Positions 29,140 through 38,120 of a DNA stretch of 64,000 nt are shown piece after piece. Position numbers and translations under genes: made by a program. Under the pieces are notes generated by a model that saw only the letters and a program-made list of their open reading frames with translations, was not told where the DNA came from and did not search any database. How positions within the stretch are numbered: the stretch's first letter is position 1; each line of letters begins with the position of its first letter. This DNA is from an uncultured Acidobacteriota bacterium (GTDB lineage Bacteria; Acidobacteriota; Thermoanaerobaculia; Gp7-AA8). The stretch is from contig CAVUKB010000005.1 in NCBI GenBank assembly GCA_963741955.1, forward strand, positions 384,001 to 448,000, in the 5' to 3' direction.

Positions 29140-31629
29140 TCAGAACTGCACCAGCAGCCTCGCTGCGCGCAGCACGTCCTCCTCACTCGGAAGGAACGCC
29201 TCCTCCAGCGGCGGTGAGTACGGCACCGGAGTATCGACCGAGCCGACGATCCGCACCGGTGCGTCGAGATATTCGAACGCCTCTTCCTGGATGATCGCAG
29301 CGAGGCTCTCACCGATTCCACCGGTGCGCGTGTCCTCGTGCACGATCAGCACGCGGTTGCAGTGCCGCGCGAGGGCCAGGAGTGCAGTTCGGTCGAGTGG
29401 GGCGAGAGATCGGAGATCGAGAACCGCGGCCTCCACCCCCTCTGCCGACAACGTCCCCGCCACGCGCATCGCCACGTGGACGTACGCGCCGTAGGAGACG
29501 ATGGCGAGATCGGACCCTTCCCGCCGCAAGGCGGCTCTCCCGATCGGAAGTGCCGGAGCGCTCTCTTCGCCGAGGATCTGCCGGATCCGCGGATCTCGAT
29601 AGAGCGCGATGTGTTCGTAGTAGAGGACCGGATCGGGATCCGCCACTGCGCTCGCCATCAGGGAGCGCGCGTCTTCCGGCGTCGAGGGACAGACGATCTT
29701 CAGACCGGGCGTCCGGTAGAACCAGGCTTCGGTGTTCTGGCTGTGGTACGGACCCGCGTGACGCAGTCCGCCCCACGGCATCCGCACCACCATCGGCACT
29801 TCGCCGCCCCAGCGGTACCGGATCTTCGCCGCGTTGTTCACCAATTGATTGAATCCGGTCGCCACGAAGTCGTTGAACTGGATCTCGCCGATCGGCCGCC
29901 GTCCCGCGAGAGCGGCGCCGACGCACACCCCGAGCACTCCCCCTTCGGCCAACGGAGAATTCACGATCCGGTCACCGAACTCCTGCAGCAGCGGACGGAG
30001 CAGGAGAAACGCGTTCCCGTATTTTCCGCCCACGTCCTCCCCGTAGATGAAGACCCGGTCGTCGGTACGCAGCGCGTCGCCGACTCCCATCATCACCGCT
30101 TCGAGGAACGTCTTCCCTTTCGGGTCGAACGGCCGTCCGGCATCGAGCTCCGGCATCTGCAGGTCTGACCCCGCCTGCCTCCGCTCTTCTTCGAGGACCT
30201 CCACCTTCACCCTGGGCTTTTCGCCGCCGAACACTCCTCGACCTGCGAGCGAAGGCTCCGGCCATGGTGCATCGATCACGGCACGCGCTTCCCGTTCCAC
30301 GATCCCGGTCGCCTCGCGCTTCCACTCGTCCACTTCGTCCGCCGTGACCACCCCCTCCCGTTCGAGACGTGCAGTGTACGTGCGGATCGGATCGCGAACG
30401 GACCAGAAATCCCATAGCTCCTTCTCGACATACCCTCCCTCCGAGGGCGCCGGATACTCCCAGCCGCCGGCGGGGTCTTTCCCCAGATAGAGCATGTCGT
30501 CGTGATGAGCGTGGCCGCACATCCGCATCGCCACCAGCTCGATCAGGGTCGGTCCCTCGCCCGCTCTTGCGCGCTCCACGGCCCAGGCGAACGCCGCCGC
30601 CACCGCGTCTGCGTCCGTTCCGTCGATGGTGACGCCCGGGACGCCGTACCCCGCCGCCTTCTCCGCGAAGACGCGTGCTGCCGACTGGTCGGAGACGGGG
30701 GTCGAGAGCGCGGTCTGGTTGTTCTGCAGACAGAAGATAGCCGGCAGCTTCCGAGCCGCAGAGAGATTGATCGCCTCGTGCCATTCGCCGAGAGACGATC
30801 CCCCCTCGCCTATGAACGAGAGCGCCACCCGGCCGGAGCCCTCGAGATGGAACGCCATCGCGAGCCCCGCCACGGTCAACGTGGGGATCGCGAGCGGTGC
30901 CGATGCCGGAAGCACTCCCCAACCGAAATCGCCGACGTGGAGGTCCTTCCCGTTCATCGGTGGGCCCGCTTTCCCCATCTGCGCGCTCAGGACCATCCGG
31001 ACCGCTTCCGGGTCGTTGCGCATCGAGAGGACCACCCCGAGGTCCCGGATCACCGGCGCCACGACATCGCCGCGCCACGTCTCACCTTCCCGGAAATCCC
31101 GGCCGCGGCGCAGTCGGATTCCGGCGGCGTAGATCGCCTCCTGTCCGAGAGAGCGGAATCCCTTCCCCTGGAATGAAGCGCTTCCCCAACGGACTTCGCC
31201 GCCGGTGAAAAAGCTTTTCAGTCGATTGTCGACCGCTCGGGTGAGAATCATCCCCCGGAGTATTTCCCGTCGCTCGTCCGCTGCGAGTGATGCGGCGATC
31301 GCCTCGCGCACCAGAAATCCATCGCATCCTTTGATCAGTTCTTGCGTCGCCTGATCCAGCCGATCACTCCCCGAGACGCCGGGCGTGGTCTCGTCGAGCT
31401 GTCCCGGTGGCCGGAACGAGAGTGAATGGCGGAGCGCCCGGTGAAGCGGTTCGCGCAGATCCTGGATGGCCACCGGATCTCGATCCGGCTCGCGTCCCCC
31501 GCGCGCCGCTTCGAATGCTTCCAGAGCTGCGCGCAGCGCGAAGGGATACTGCTCAGCGACGAATGCTCCGAACCGAGAGCCGAGGCTCTGCGTCCGCGAA
31601 TCCGCGACGACCGACTCGATTTCTGCCAT
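29140..31629 (-). CDS. Fused E1 alpha-beta 2-oxoacid dehydrogenase with N-terminal extension
   Basis: GQEA, GEGGSSLGEWHE...NN, RMCGHAHHD; beta part GEDVG, PLAE, EIQFNDF, GPYHSQ, DLRSLAPLD. Confidence 0.9.
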   Translation of the reverse strand: MAEIESVVADSRTQSLGSRFGAFVAEQYPFALRAALEAFEAARGGREPDRDPVAIQDLREPLHRALRHSLSFRPPGQLDETTPGVSGSDRLDQATQELIKGCDGFLVREAIAASLAADERREILRGMILTRAVDNRLKSFFTGGEVRWGSASFQGKGFRSLGQEAIYAAGIRLRRGRDFREGETWRGDVVAPVIRDLGVVLSMRNDPEAVRMVLSAQMGKAGPPMNGKDLHVGDFGWGVLPASAPLAIPTLTVAGLAMAFHLEGSGRVALSFIGEGGSSLGEWHEAINLSAARKLPAIFCLQNNQTALSTPVSDQSAARVFAEKAAGYGVPGVTIDGTDADAVAAAFAWAVERARAGEGPTLIELVAMRMCGHAHHDDMLYLGKDPAGGWEYPAPSEGGYVEKELWDFWSVRDPIRTYTARLEREGVVTADEVDEWKREATGIVEREARAVIDAPWPEPSLAGRGVFGGEKPRVKVEVLEEERRQAGSDLQMPELDAGRPFDPKGKTFLEAVMMGVGDALRTDDRVFIYGEDVGGKYGNAFLLLRPLLQEFGDRIVNSPLAEGGVLGVCVGAALAGRRPIGEIQFNDFVATGFNQLVNNAAKIRYRWGGEVPMVVRMPWGGLRHAGPYHSQNTEAWFYRTPGLKIVCPSTPEDARSLMASAVADPDPVLYYEHIALYRDPRIRQILGEESAPALPIGRAALRREGSDLAIVSYGAYVHVAMRVAGTLSAEGVEAAVLDLRSLAPLDRTALLALARHCNRVLIVHEDTRTGGIGESLAAIIQEEAFEYLDAPVRIVGSVDTPVPYSPPLEEAFLPSEEDVLRAARLLVQF

Positions 31630-31725
31630 GGAACGAATCGTACGACAGCGAGCGCGATCGCGGAAGTGGAGAACGCCGAAGACGAACCGTGGTGCAGCGT
31701 TTCATGTGGCCTTACCCCACATTTC

Positions 31726-32610
31726 TCACACCGCCTCCCTGAGTGGAATTCTCTCTCTCAACCCGCCGAAACCGAGCTCGCCTGTGACCCGTGCCACTTC
31801 GTCCGGATTTCCTCCTCGGTACTCGAGATCGTTCAGCTTCACCGCAATCGGCGCGTCGGTAGAAACCGTCGCGAGCCGCTGCGAAAGAAACGCGATCTCG
31901 CGGCACGATTCGAGCTTCTTTCGGATCGAACCCGCACCCCGCACCGGCAGCTCCGCGACCTCGTCCACTCTCTCGTAGATCGCATCGAGGGTCCCGAAGG
32001 CCTCGAGCAGGAGCGTCGCCGTCTTCCCTCCGATTCCTTTCACTCCCGGAATGTTGTCCACCGCGTCACCGGCGAGCGCGAGATAGTCGACGATCTGCTC
32101 GGGACGCACTCCGAACTTCTTCACTACCAGCTCCGGTGTGTAACGGATCGACTTCCCGAAGTCGTACCCGACCACGTCGTCCGACACGAGTTGCAGCAGA
32201 TCTTTGTCCGTGGTGACGATGACGAACGAGTGTCCTCCCCCGCGCAGCTGGTGCATGACAGTCGCGATCAGGTCGTCCGCTTCGTAGCGGTCGTCGATGA
32301 AACAACGGCCTCCCATCGCCGCGGCGATCCGTTCGCACGCGCCGAGTTGCGCTTCGAGCTCGGGCGGCGGAAGGACCCGCTGCTGCTTGTACTCCGGGTA
32401 CAGCTCGTTCCGGAAGCTGCTGTTCAGACTCCGGTCGAACGTGATGCCGAGGTGGGTCGGCTTCTCGTCCGCGATGAGCTTGAGGAGGAATGAGGCGAAG
32501 CCGTACACCGCTTGCGCCGGATTGCCGCGGGGATCACGGATCGAGTCGGGAAGCGCGAAGTAGGCGCGGAAGATGTAGGGGCTCGCGTCGATCAGATGGA
32601 TCGTGCTCAT
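31726..32610 (-). CDS. Stand-alone 5'-3' exonuclease (flap endonuclease)
   Basis: IDASPYIFRAY, FD, YKQQR, YEADDLIAT, DKDLLQL, GDAVDNIPGVKGIGGKTA; no polymerase domain. Confidence 0.93.
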   Translation of the reverse strand: MSTIHLIDASPYIFRAYFALPDSIRDPRGNPAQAVYGFASFLLKLIADEKPTHLGITFDRSLNSSFRNELYPEYKQQRVLPPPELEAQLGACERIAAAMGGRCFIDDRYEADDLIATVMHQLRGGGHSFVIVTTDKDLLQLVSDDVVGYDFGKSIRYTPELVVKKFGVRPEQIVDYLALAGDAVDNIPGVKGIGGKTATLLLEAFGTLDAIYERVDEVAELPVRGAGSIRKKLESCREIAFLSQRLATVSTDAPIAVKLNDLEYRGGNPDEVARVTGELGFGGLRERIPLREAV

Positions 32611-32661
32611 CAGGAGATAGTATTCCGAATTCGAAAATCCGCACCCCCGGTGACGCGTCCT

Positions 32662-32846
32662 CTAGCCCGCATTTCTCACACCGTCTCGTCGCGAGGAGGC
32701 GGAGAGCGGCTTGGATGCAAGGCGCGCGCAGCTTCGGCGACGAAGGCATAGTCGTAACTACGTCGAGGAGCCGAAGCTGCGCGCAACGCAGCAGACAGGC
32801 TGCTATCCGTCTCCGCAGCAGAGACGGTGTGAGAAATGCGGGTTAG
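32662..32846. mobile_element. 185-bp MITE-like nested-palindrome element
   Basis: 26-bp terminal inverted repeats (25/26 match), internal perfect 15-bp inverted repeat (32724-32738 / 32770-32784), related fragments elsewhere in window. Confidence 0.72.
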
Positions 32847-33104
32847 GGGTGCGGATCCTCTGATCCGCCTCGAGAATCGTGTTGCTCGCGATGAAGAGTG
32901 AGGCTGTGGCTGGATGCGGAGCATCGGTCACGCGACCGTCAGGCCGACGAAGCTCCGCCTCTGCCGCAGCGATCGTTTCGATCCGCTCTGAATACGATTG
33001 CCTCCGCGGATCGGAAGATCCGCTCCCCACGGTGACGCGTCCTCCCGGAGGATTCGCCCTGGGAGCGACTCAGCTGGCCGGGCGGTTGCAGCACGACCCG
33101 AGCC

Positions 33105-33836
33105 GTGGACCTCTACTTCCACGTTCTCCTTCTCGCGGCCATTCCGGCGGGAGCCAACTTCCTCGGCGGGGTGCTCGCCGAGATCCGTCCCGTCTCCCAA
33201 AAGACGCTGAACCTCACGCTTCACGGCGCCGCGGGCGTGGTCCTGGCGGTCGTGTCGATCGAGCTGATTCCGGATGCGCTGGAGGCGGAGCGCGCGTGGG
33301 TCTCCCTCATCGCTCTGCTGGTCGGCACCCTCGCGTTCGTCGGACTCGATCACTCGCTCCACATCGTGCAGTCGCGAGTCTCCGGAAGGAGCGTCTCGCG
33401 CGGCGCCTGGATGATCTTTCTCGCCGTGGCGATCGACCTCTTCAGCGACGGAATCATGATCGGAACCGGTTCCACCCTCTCCACCACTCTCGCGTTTCTC
33501 CTCGCTCTCGCGCAGGCGCCGGCCGATCTCCCGGAGGGATTCGCCACCATCGCCCGGTTCCGGAGTGAGGGGATGTCCCGCCGCAACCGTCTTCTTCTCA
33601 GCGCCGGATTCGCGCTTCCAATTTTTCTCGGGGCGACGATCGGATACTTCGGACTCCGCGGTGCGCCGCTCGTGGCCAGGCTCGCAGTCCTCGCCTTCAC
33701 CGCTGGAATTCTGATGACTCTCGTGGTGGAGGAGATCATCCCGGTGGCCCACGACGAGAACGAGAGTCACTTCGCAGCGGTGATCTTCATGGCCGGCTTC
33801 GTCCTCTTCACCGCTCTCTCGCTGTACGTCGACTAG
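33105..33836 (+). CDS. ZIP-family metal transporter (short, atypical)
   Basis: AAGVVLAVVSIELIPDA, DLFSDG, ADLPEGF, TAGILMTLVVEEIIPVAH. Confidence 0.85.
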   Translation: MDLYFHVLLLAAIPAGANFLGGVLAEIRPVSQKTLNLTLHGAAGVVLAVVSIELIPDALEAERAWVSLIALLVGTLAFVGLDHSLHIVQSRVSGRSVSRGAWMIFLAVAIDLFSDGIMIGTGSTLSTTLAFLLALAQAPADLPEGFATIARFRSEGMSRRNRLLLSAGFALPIFLGATIGYFGLRGAPLVARLAVLAFTAGILMTLVVEEIIPVAHDENESHFAAVIFMAGFVLFTALSLYVD

Positions 33837-33891
33837 CGATAGAGACGGGTGCAAAGCCGAGGGTAGCCGGAGTCATGCGATTCGGGAGAGA

Positions 33892-34836
33892 ATGCCTGAA
33901 CGGCGCGATGTCACGTTGAACGGATCTGCGTCGCGGAGCTCACACCCAGTGCATTTCCTCTTTCTCCTCAATCCTCGCTCCGGACGCAACCGGAACCTCG
34001 AAGGACTCGAGAGGTCGGTCAGAACGGCACTCGAACGCGGCTCGGATGCCGATCTGGAGACCTGTCCCCCCCTCGATGAACTGGATCGACGCATCGCCCA
34101 CGCAGATCGAGCGGGCGTCGACGTGGTCGTGGCGATCGGAGGCGACGGGACGGTGAACGAGATCGGCCGGCGTCTGATCGGCAGCCGGATGGCCCTCGGC
34201 GTCATTCCCACCGGCTCCGGGAACGGCTTCGCGCGGCATCTCGGGATTCCACTCGATCCCGCCGCCGCCCTTCTCGCCCTCGCTCGCGGGCGCGTCGAAT
34301 CGATCGACACGGCGGCCGCGAACGGCCGCCCGTTCCTGATGATCGCCGGGGTCGGATTCGACGCGCTGGTCGCCCATCGCTTCGCGGCACGAGGCTCGAG
34401 AGGTCTCCAGACCTATCTGAGGGAAGGGCTGACAAGCTATTTCACGTACAGGCCGGAGGAGTACCGGATCACCATCGACGGCCGAACCCGGGTCGAAGAG
34501 GCTTTCGTGGTCGCCATCGCGAACTCCAGCCAGTACGGAAACCAGGCCCGCATCGCCCCCCTCGCCTCTCTCCAGGATGGACTCCTCGACATCGCCCTGG
34601 TCCGTCACATCCCGCTGCTCTCCATGCCGTCGTTCTTATGGGACCTCTTCAACGGGTCGCTCCGCCCATCCGCGCATCTCGAGCTCCTGCACGGGAAAGA
34701 GATCGTCGTGGAGCGAGCCGCCGAAGGGGCGGCCCACCTGGATGGAGAGGCAGTGAGCCTTCCGGCACGGGTGACCTTCTCGCTCCGTCCCGGCTCCCTC
34801 CGCGCCGTCGTTCCCGCCTCCACCGACCGGATCTGA
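33892..34836 (+). CDS. Diacylglycerol kinase (YegS/BmrU) family lipid kinase
   Basis: NPRSG, GGDGTVNE, PTGSGNGFAR, NSSQYG, DGLLD, DGE; start may be GTG 33949. Confidence 0.9.
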   Translation: MPERRDVTLNGSASRSSHPVHFLFLLNPRSGRNRNLEGLERSVRTALERGSDADLETCPPLDELDRRIAHADRAGVDVVVAIGGDGTVNEIGRRLIGSRMALGVIPTGSGNGFARHLGIPLDPAAALLALARGRVESIDTAAANGRPFLMIAGVGFDALVAHRFAARGSRGLQTYLREGLTSYFTYRPEEYRITIDGRTRVEEAFVVAIANSSQYGNQARIAPLASLQDGLLDIALVRHIPLLSMPSFLWDLFNGSLRPSAHLELLHGKEIVVERAAEGAAHLDGEAVSLPARVTFSLRPGSLRAVVPASTDRI

Positions 34837-34895
34837 GCCGCTCAGTATTTTTGCGCGGTCGCGATCGACCCACGCAGTGTGAGGGTCAGATCCCG

Positions 34896-35144
34896 ATGAC
34901 CAGATTCCGTCCCTACCTCAGAAGGCGCATCGATTCAGAGTCCAGCGGGAGCTTCGCCGAATATGAAGAACTTCAGGCGCTCGCCTCCGATCTCCTGGCA
35001 GACACCGACTGGGACTGGATCGAGGCAGACGTGGTCGAGCAGGAGCGCGCCCGGTTCGAGCGTTCGCTCTCACGCGTCGTTGCCGCCGTCGAAGAGAGCG
35101 ACGACGAATACGAGACACTCGTCGCCGCCGGCTCCCGGCACTGA
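34896..35144 (+). CDS. Small acidic hypothetical protein (82 aa)
   Basis: MTRFRPYLRRRIDSESS...; GAGGG upstream; fills a gap between co-oriented genes. Confidence 0.55.
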   Translation: MTRFRPYLRRRIDSESSGSFAEYEELQALASDLLADTDWDWIEADVVEQERARFERSLSRVVAAVEESDDEYETLVAAGSRH

Positions 35145-35236
35145 CCTTCTCGGGCCTCTCCCGCTCGCATCAGTTGCGTTCCCGGTTTACGATGCCCCGT
35201 GCCTGCGCGCTTGCCGCTTCAGGCGGAGGAGGTCCG

Positions 35237-36124
35237 TTGATCCGCCTGCTCGCACTGGTGGGTGTTCTCGGGATTTCGTTTTCGGCCATCTTCGTCCGTC
35301 TCTCGGGGACCAGCCCTTCGACTGCCGCGGTGTATCGGATGGTGTACGCGATCCCCCCACTCATCGCTCTCTGGTGGCCGGTTCGCCACCGGGACGACCG
35401 CTCACGTCGCGAACGGATGATGGGGGTGGTGGCGGGGTTTGCACTCGCAGTCGATCTCGCCCTCTGGCATCGCGCGATCCTCTACATCGGCGCCGGGCTG
35501 GCGACGGTGCTCGCCAATACGCAGGTCGTCTTCGTGGCACTCCTCGCGTGGCTTCTGCACCGTGAGCGACCGAGCGGCACCGCTCTGACCATGATCCCGG
35601 TGGTATTCGGCGGGGTGGCTCTGATCTCGGGGCTGGGCCGCTCCGGCGCGTACGGCTCCGATCCGCTTCTCGGCGTCCTGTTCGGAACTGCGGCCGGGCT
35701 CTCTTACACGTCGTTCCTTCTCGTCTTTCGCGCTTCGAACCGGCGGCTCGCTCCGGCGGTCGCACCGCTCCTCGACGCGTCGATCGGTGCGCTCGTCGGC
35801 TCGCTGATCCTCGCAGTCTTCGATCCTCATTTCACTCTCGTCTGGTCGTGGCCGGCACATGGATGGCTGATCGCTCTGGCACTCGTCGCACAGGTTTTCG
35901 GATGGATTCTCATCTCCTCGGCGCTTCCGCGGTTGCCCGCACTCGACACGTCGGTGATGCTCCTGCTCCAGCCGATGGCAACCGTGATCTGGGGCCTTCT
36001 GATTTTCGGGGAGAGTCTTTCAGGATGGCAGTGGAGCGGTGTCGGGTTGGTCCTGGCAGGAGTCGCGGTGATCTCTCTTCGCGGCACCATGCACCAGCCT
36101 GATTCGCAAGTGACGACCGGGTGA
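35237..36124 (+). CDS. DMT/EamA family transporter
   Basis: GGAGGAGG before TTG; two EamA halves (ATVLANTQVVFV, LLLQP...FGE). Confidence 0.9.
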   Translation: MIRLLALVGVLGISFSAIFVRLSGTSPSTAAVYRMVYAIPPLIALWWPVRHRDDRSRRERMMGVVAGFALAVDLALWHRAILYIGAGLATVLANTQVVFVALLAWLLHRERPSGTALTMIPVVFGGVALISGLGRSGAYGSDPLLGVLFGTAAGLSYTSFLLVFRASNRRLAPAVAPLLDASIGALVGSLILAVFDPHFTLVWSWPAHGWLIALALVAQVFGWILISSALPRLPALDTSVMLLLQPMATVIWGLLIFGESLSGWQWSGVGLVLAGVAVISLRGTMHQPDSQVTTG

Positions 36125-36254
36125 CCGCGAGTCCGGGAGGCGCCTGCGGATTGAAACAGAACTGTTCGCTCTCCTCTCCTGCCGGATACGTCCGCAACGC
36201 CTGAATCGCGAAATCCCGAGTTTCACCGGCGCCGTCACTCGCTATACTCTTCTG

Positions 36255-37868
36255 ATGGCGGATCGGGCGGCGGAAACGGAAGAACGACTCAGCGAGATCC
36301 TCAATCTCTTCTCGCGAAAAATCGGATCGACAAAAGGTGCGCTCTACGCCACACCTGGCGGAAAGGATCCCTACGAGCTGGTGACCTGGTACGGCTTCGC
36401 GTCGACTCCGCGGCGCCAGGTCAGCCGGAGCGACCTGATCGTCAACCGCCTCAACACACGACGGTCCGCTTTCTGGGTCAACGGCGCTTCGAGCGATCCA
36501 CGCCTGTACGAGCTGCTGTTTCACAGCGGGACCGACTCCATTCTCGTGGTTCCGATCTATCTCCAGAACCAGCTCGTCGGCTTCTTCGATCTCCGCGACA
36601 AAGCGGGAGGAGAACCGTTCGGGAATTCCGATCTCCCCCACGCGCGGGAGATCATCGAACAGATTCTTCCTCTTCTCTCACGCGGGGTTGTGACTTCCTC
36701 ATCCGGCAACGACAGGACCGCTTTGGCTGCAGCGCCCCCGGTGGATGAGGTGGCCGCACGCGAAGACGTGCTCCGCAGGACGATCCAGAAAGCGCATACG
36801 ATCGCAGACCGCGATCTCGCGCCGCACCGGGCTACGACCCGCACTCTCTCCGAAGCCGAGATCATGTCCATCGTTCCGGCACTCTCGCCTCTCCTTCAGC
36901 TCTCCGGCGTCTCGATGGCCGTATTCACCGCGTTCGGACATCTCGGCAATATTCAGCAGATCATCTCCCGGGCGTCGATCACCGACGAGGCGATGCGCGG
37001 ATTCGAGCAGAAACTGAAGAACTGGATCCGGAAGCACTGGAACCTGAAGATCTCCGACACCACCCGATCGACGGTGACTCTCCCGTTCGGCGAATCCGGG
37101 CCGAAGGTCCAGCCTGCGCACATCGGCACGGTGCTCAGCGCCGCCGTCGAGGTGAATGGAATTCCTGGTCTGGTCCTCAGCGTCGGATTCGAGACTGCGC
37201 CCAGCCGCCAGACCAAAGCTGCTCTCGCGCTCAACCTCGAGCTCGTGCAGCAGATGCTCCACTACTCACTTTCCCATCTGCGGATGCGCACTGCGAATCA
37301 GAAGATCGCGGAGCGCCTCCTGGAGCCGGACTTCCGCCGCTATCCCCGTCTGGCGGATCACTCCATGCGGGTGGCGATGCTCGCCGAACAGTTCGCGCAG
37401 TATCTCGACCTCTCGGCCGCCGAGATGGAGAACATCCGGCTCGCGGCATATCTCCACGACGCCGGAATGCGCCTTCTCGACTACGACCGGCTCTACGAGA
37501 AGCCCTCTTTCAACGATGACGACCGCCGTCTCGTGCGAGAGCACCCGGTACTCGGCGCGGCGTTGATCGCCGAATCAGCCCTCGGAGAAGAAATCGCGCG
37601 GGTCGTCCTCCACCACCACGAACAGCCGGACGGAAAAGGGTATCCTCACGGACTGACCGGAGAGCAGATTCCTCTCGGATCACGCATTCTCCGGATTTGC
37701 GAAACGTTCGACGCGATGACCTCTCACCACTCGTACCACGAGCCGGTTCCCGAGAGCGCCGCGCTCGCCAGCATCGTCCGGCTTGCCGGAGCGGAGTTCG
37801 AGCTCGACCTCGCCCACAAGTTCAACGAGATGCTCGTCAGGGCGTCTACCTTCGGAATGAACACCTGA
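36255..37868 (+). CDS. GAF-like plus HD-GYP cyclic dinucleotide phosphodiesterase
   Basis: HSMRVA, YLHDAG, HHHEQPDGKGYPHGL, FDAMTS. Confidence 0.88.
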   Translation: MADRAAETEERLSEILNLFSRKIGSTKGALYATPGGKDPYELVTWYGFASTPRRQVSRSDLIVNRLNTRRSAFWVNGASSDPRLYELLFHSGTDSILVVPIYLQNQLVGFFDLRDKAGGEPFGNSDLPHAREIIEQILPLLSRGVVTSSSGNDRTALAAAPPVDEVAAREDVLRRTIQKAHTIADRDLAPHRATTRTLSEAEIMSIVPALSPLLQLSGVSMAVFTAFGHLGNIQQIISRASITDEAMRGFEQKLKNWIRKHWNLKISDTTRSTVTLPFGESGPKVQPAHIGTVLSAAVEVNGIPGLVLSVGFETAPSRQTKAALALNLELVQQMLHYSLSHLRMRTANQKIAERLLEPDFRRYPRLADHSMRVAMLAEQFAQYLDLSAAEMENIRLAAYLHDAGMRLLDYDRLYEKPSFNDDDRRLVREHPVLGAALIAESALGEEIARVVLHHHEQPDGKGYPHGLTGEQIPLGSRILRICETFDAMTSHHSYHEPVPESAALASIVRLAGAEFELDLAHKFNEMLVRASTFGMNT

Positions 37869-37873
37869 ATAAA

Positions 37874-38066
37874 TCCCAGGACTGCGTCCTGGGCTATTGT
37901 CAATCGCCCCTACGGGGCTCCCGGAGAATCGTCTTTCGCCCTTGAATCCCAGGACTGCGTCCTGGGCTACTGTCAAACGCCCCGACGGGGCTCTCGGATC
38001 GTGTTCTTCCTCCAATCAGTCCCAGGACTGCGTCCTGGGCTACTATCAAACGCCCCTACGGGGCTC
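37874..38066. repeat. Three 47-bp double-hairpin REP-like repeats with 73-bp period
   Basis: TCCCAGGACTGCGTCCTGGGCTA...CGCCCC(T/G)ACGGGGCTC at 37874, 37947 and 38020. Confidence 0.9.
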
Positions 38067-38119
38067 CCCGATCCTCGATCCCCGATCCTCGATCTCAGAT
38101 CTTAGATCTTAGATGCCTC
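38066..38119. repeat. GATC heptamer tract
   Basis: GATCCTC/GATCCCC/GATCTCA/GATCTTA units ending TAGATGCCTC. Confidence 0.85.
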
Positions 38120-38120
38120 T

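Noticed and set aside
26922-32610. Anti-phage defence system (helicase plus nuclease)
   Set aside because: Both look like ordinary repair enzymes, are on opposite strands, are separated by a metabolic gene and have host-like composition.
37874-38066. Bona fide CRISPR array
   Set aside because: Only three repeats, double-hairpin REP-like structure, no leader or cas genes; kept as a repeat.
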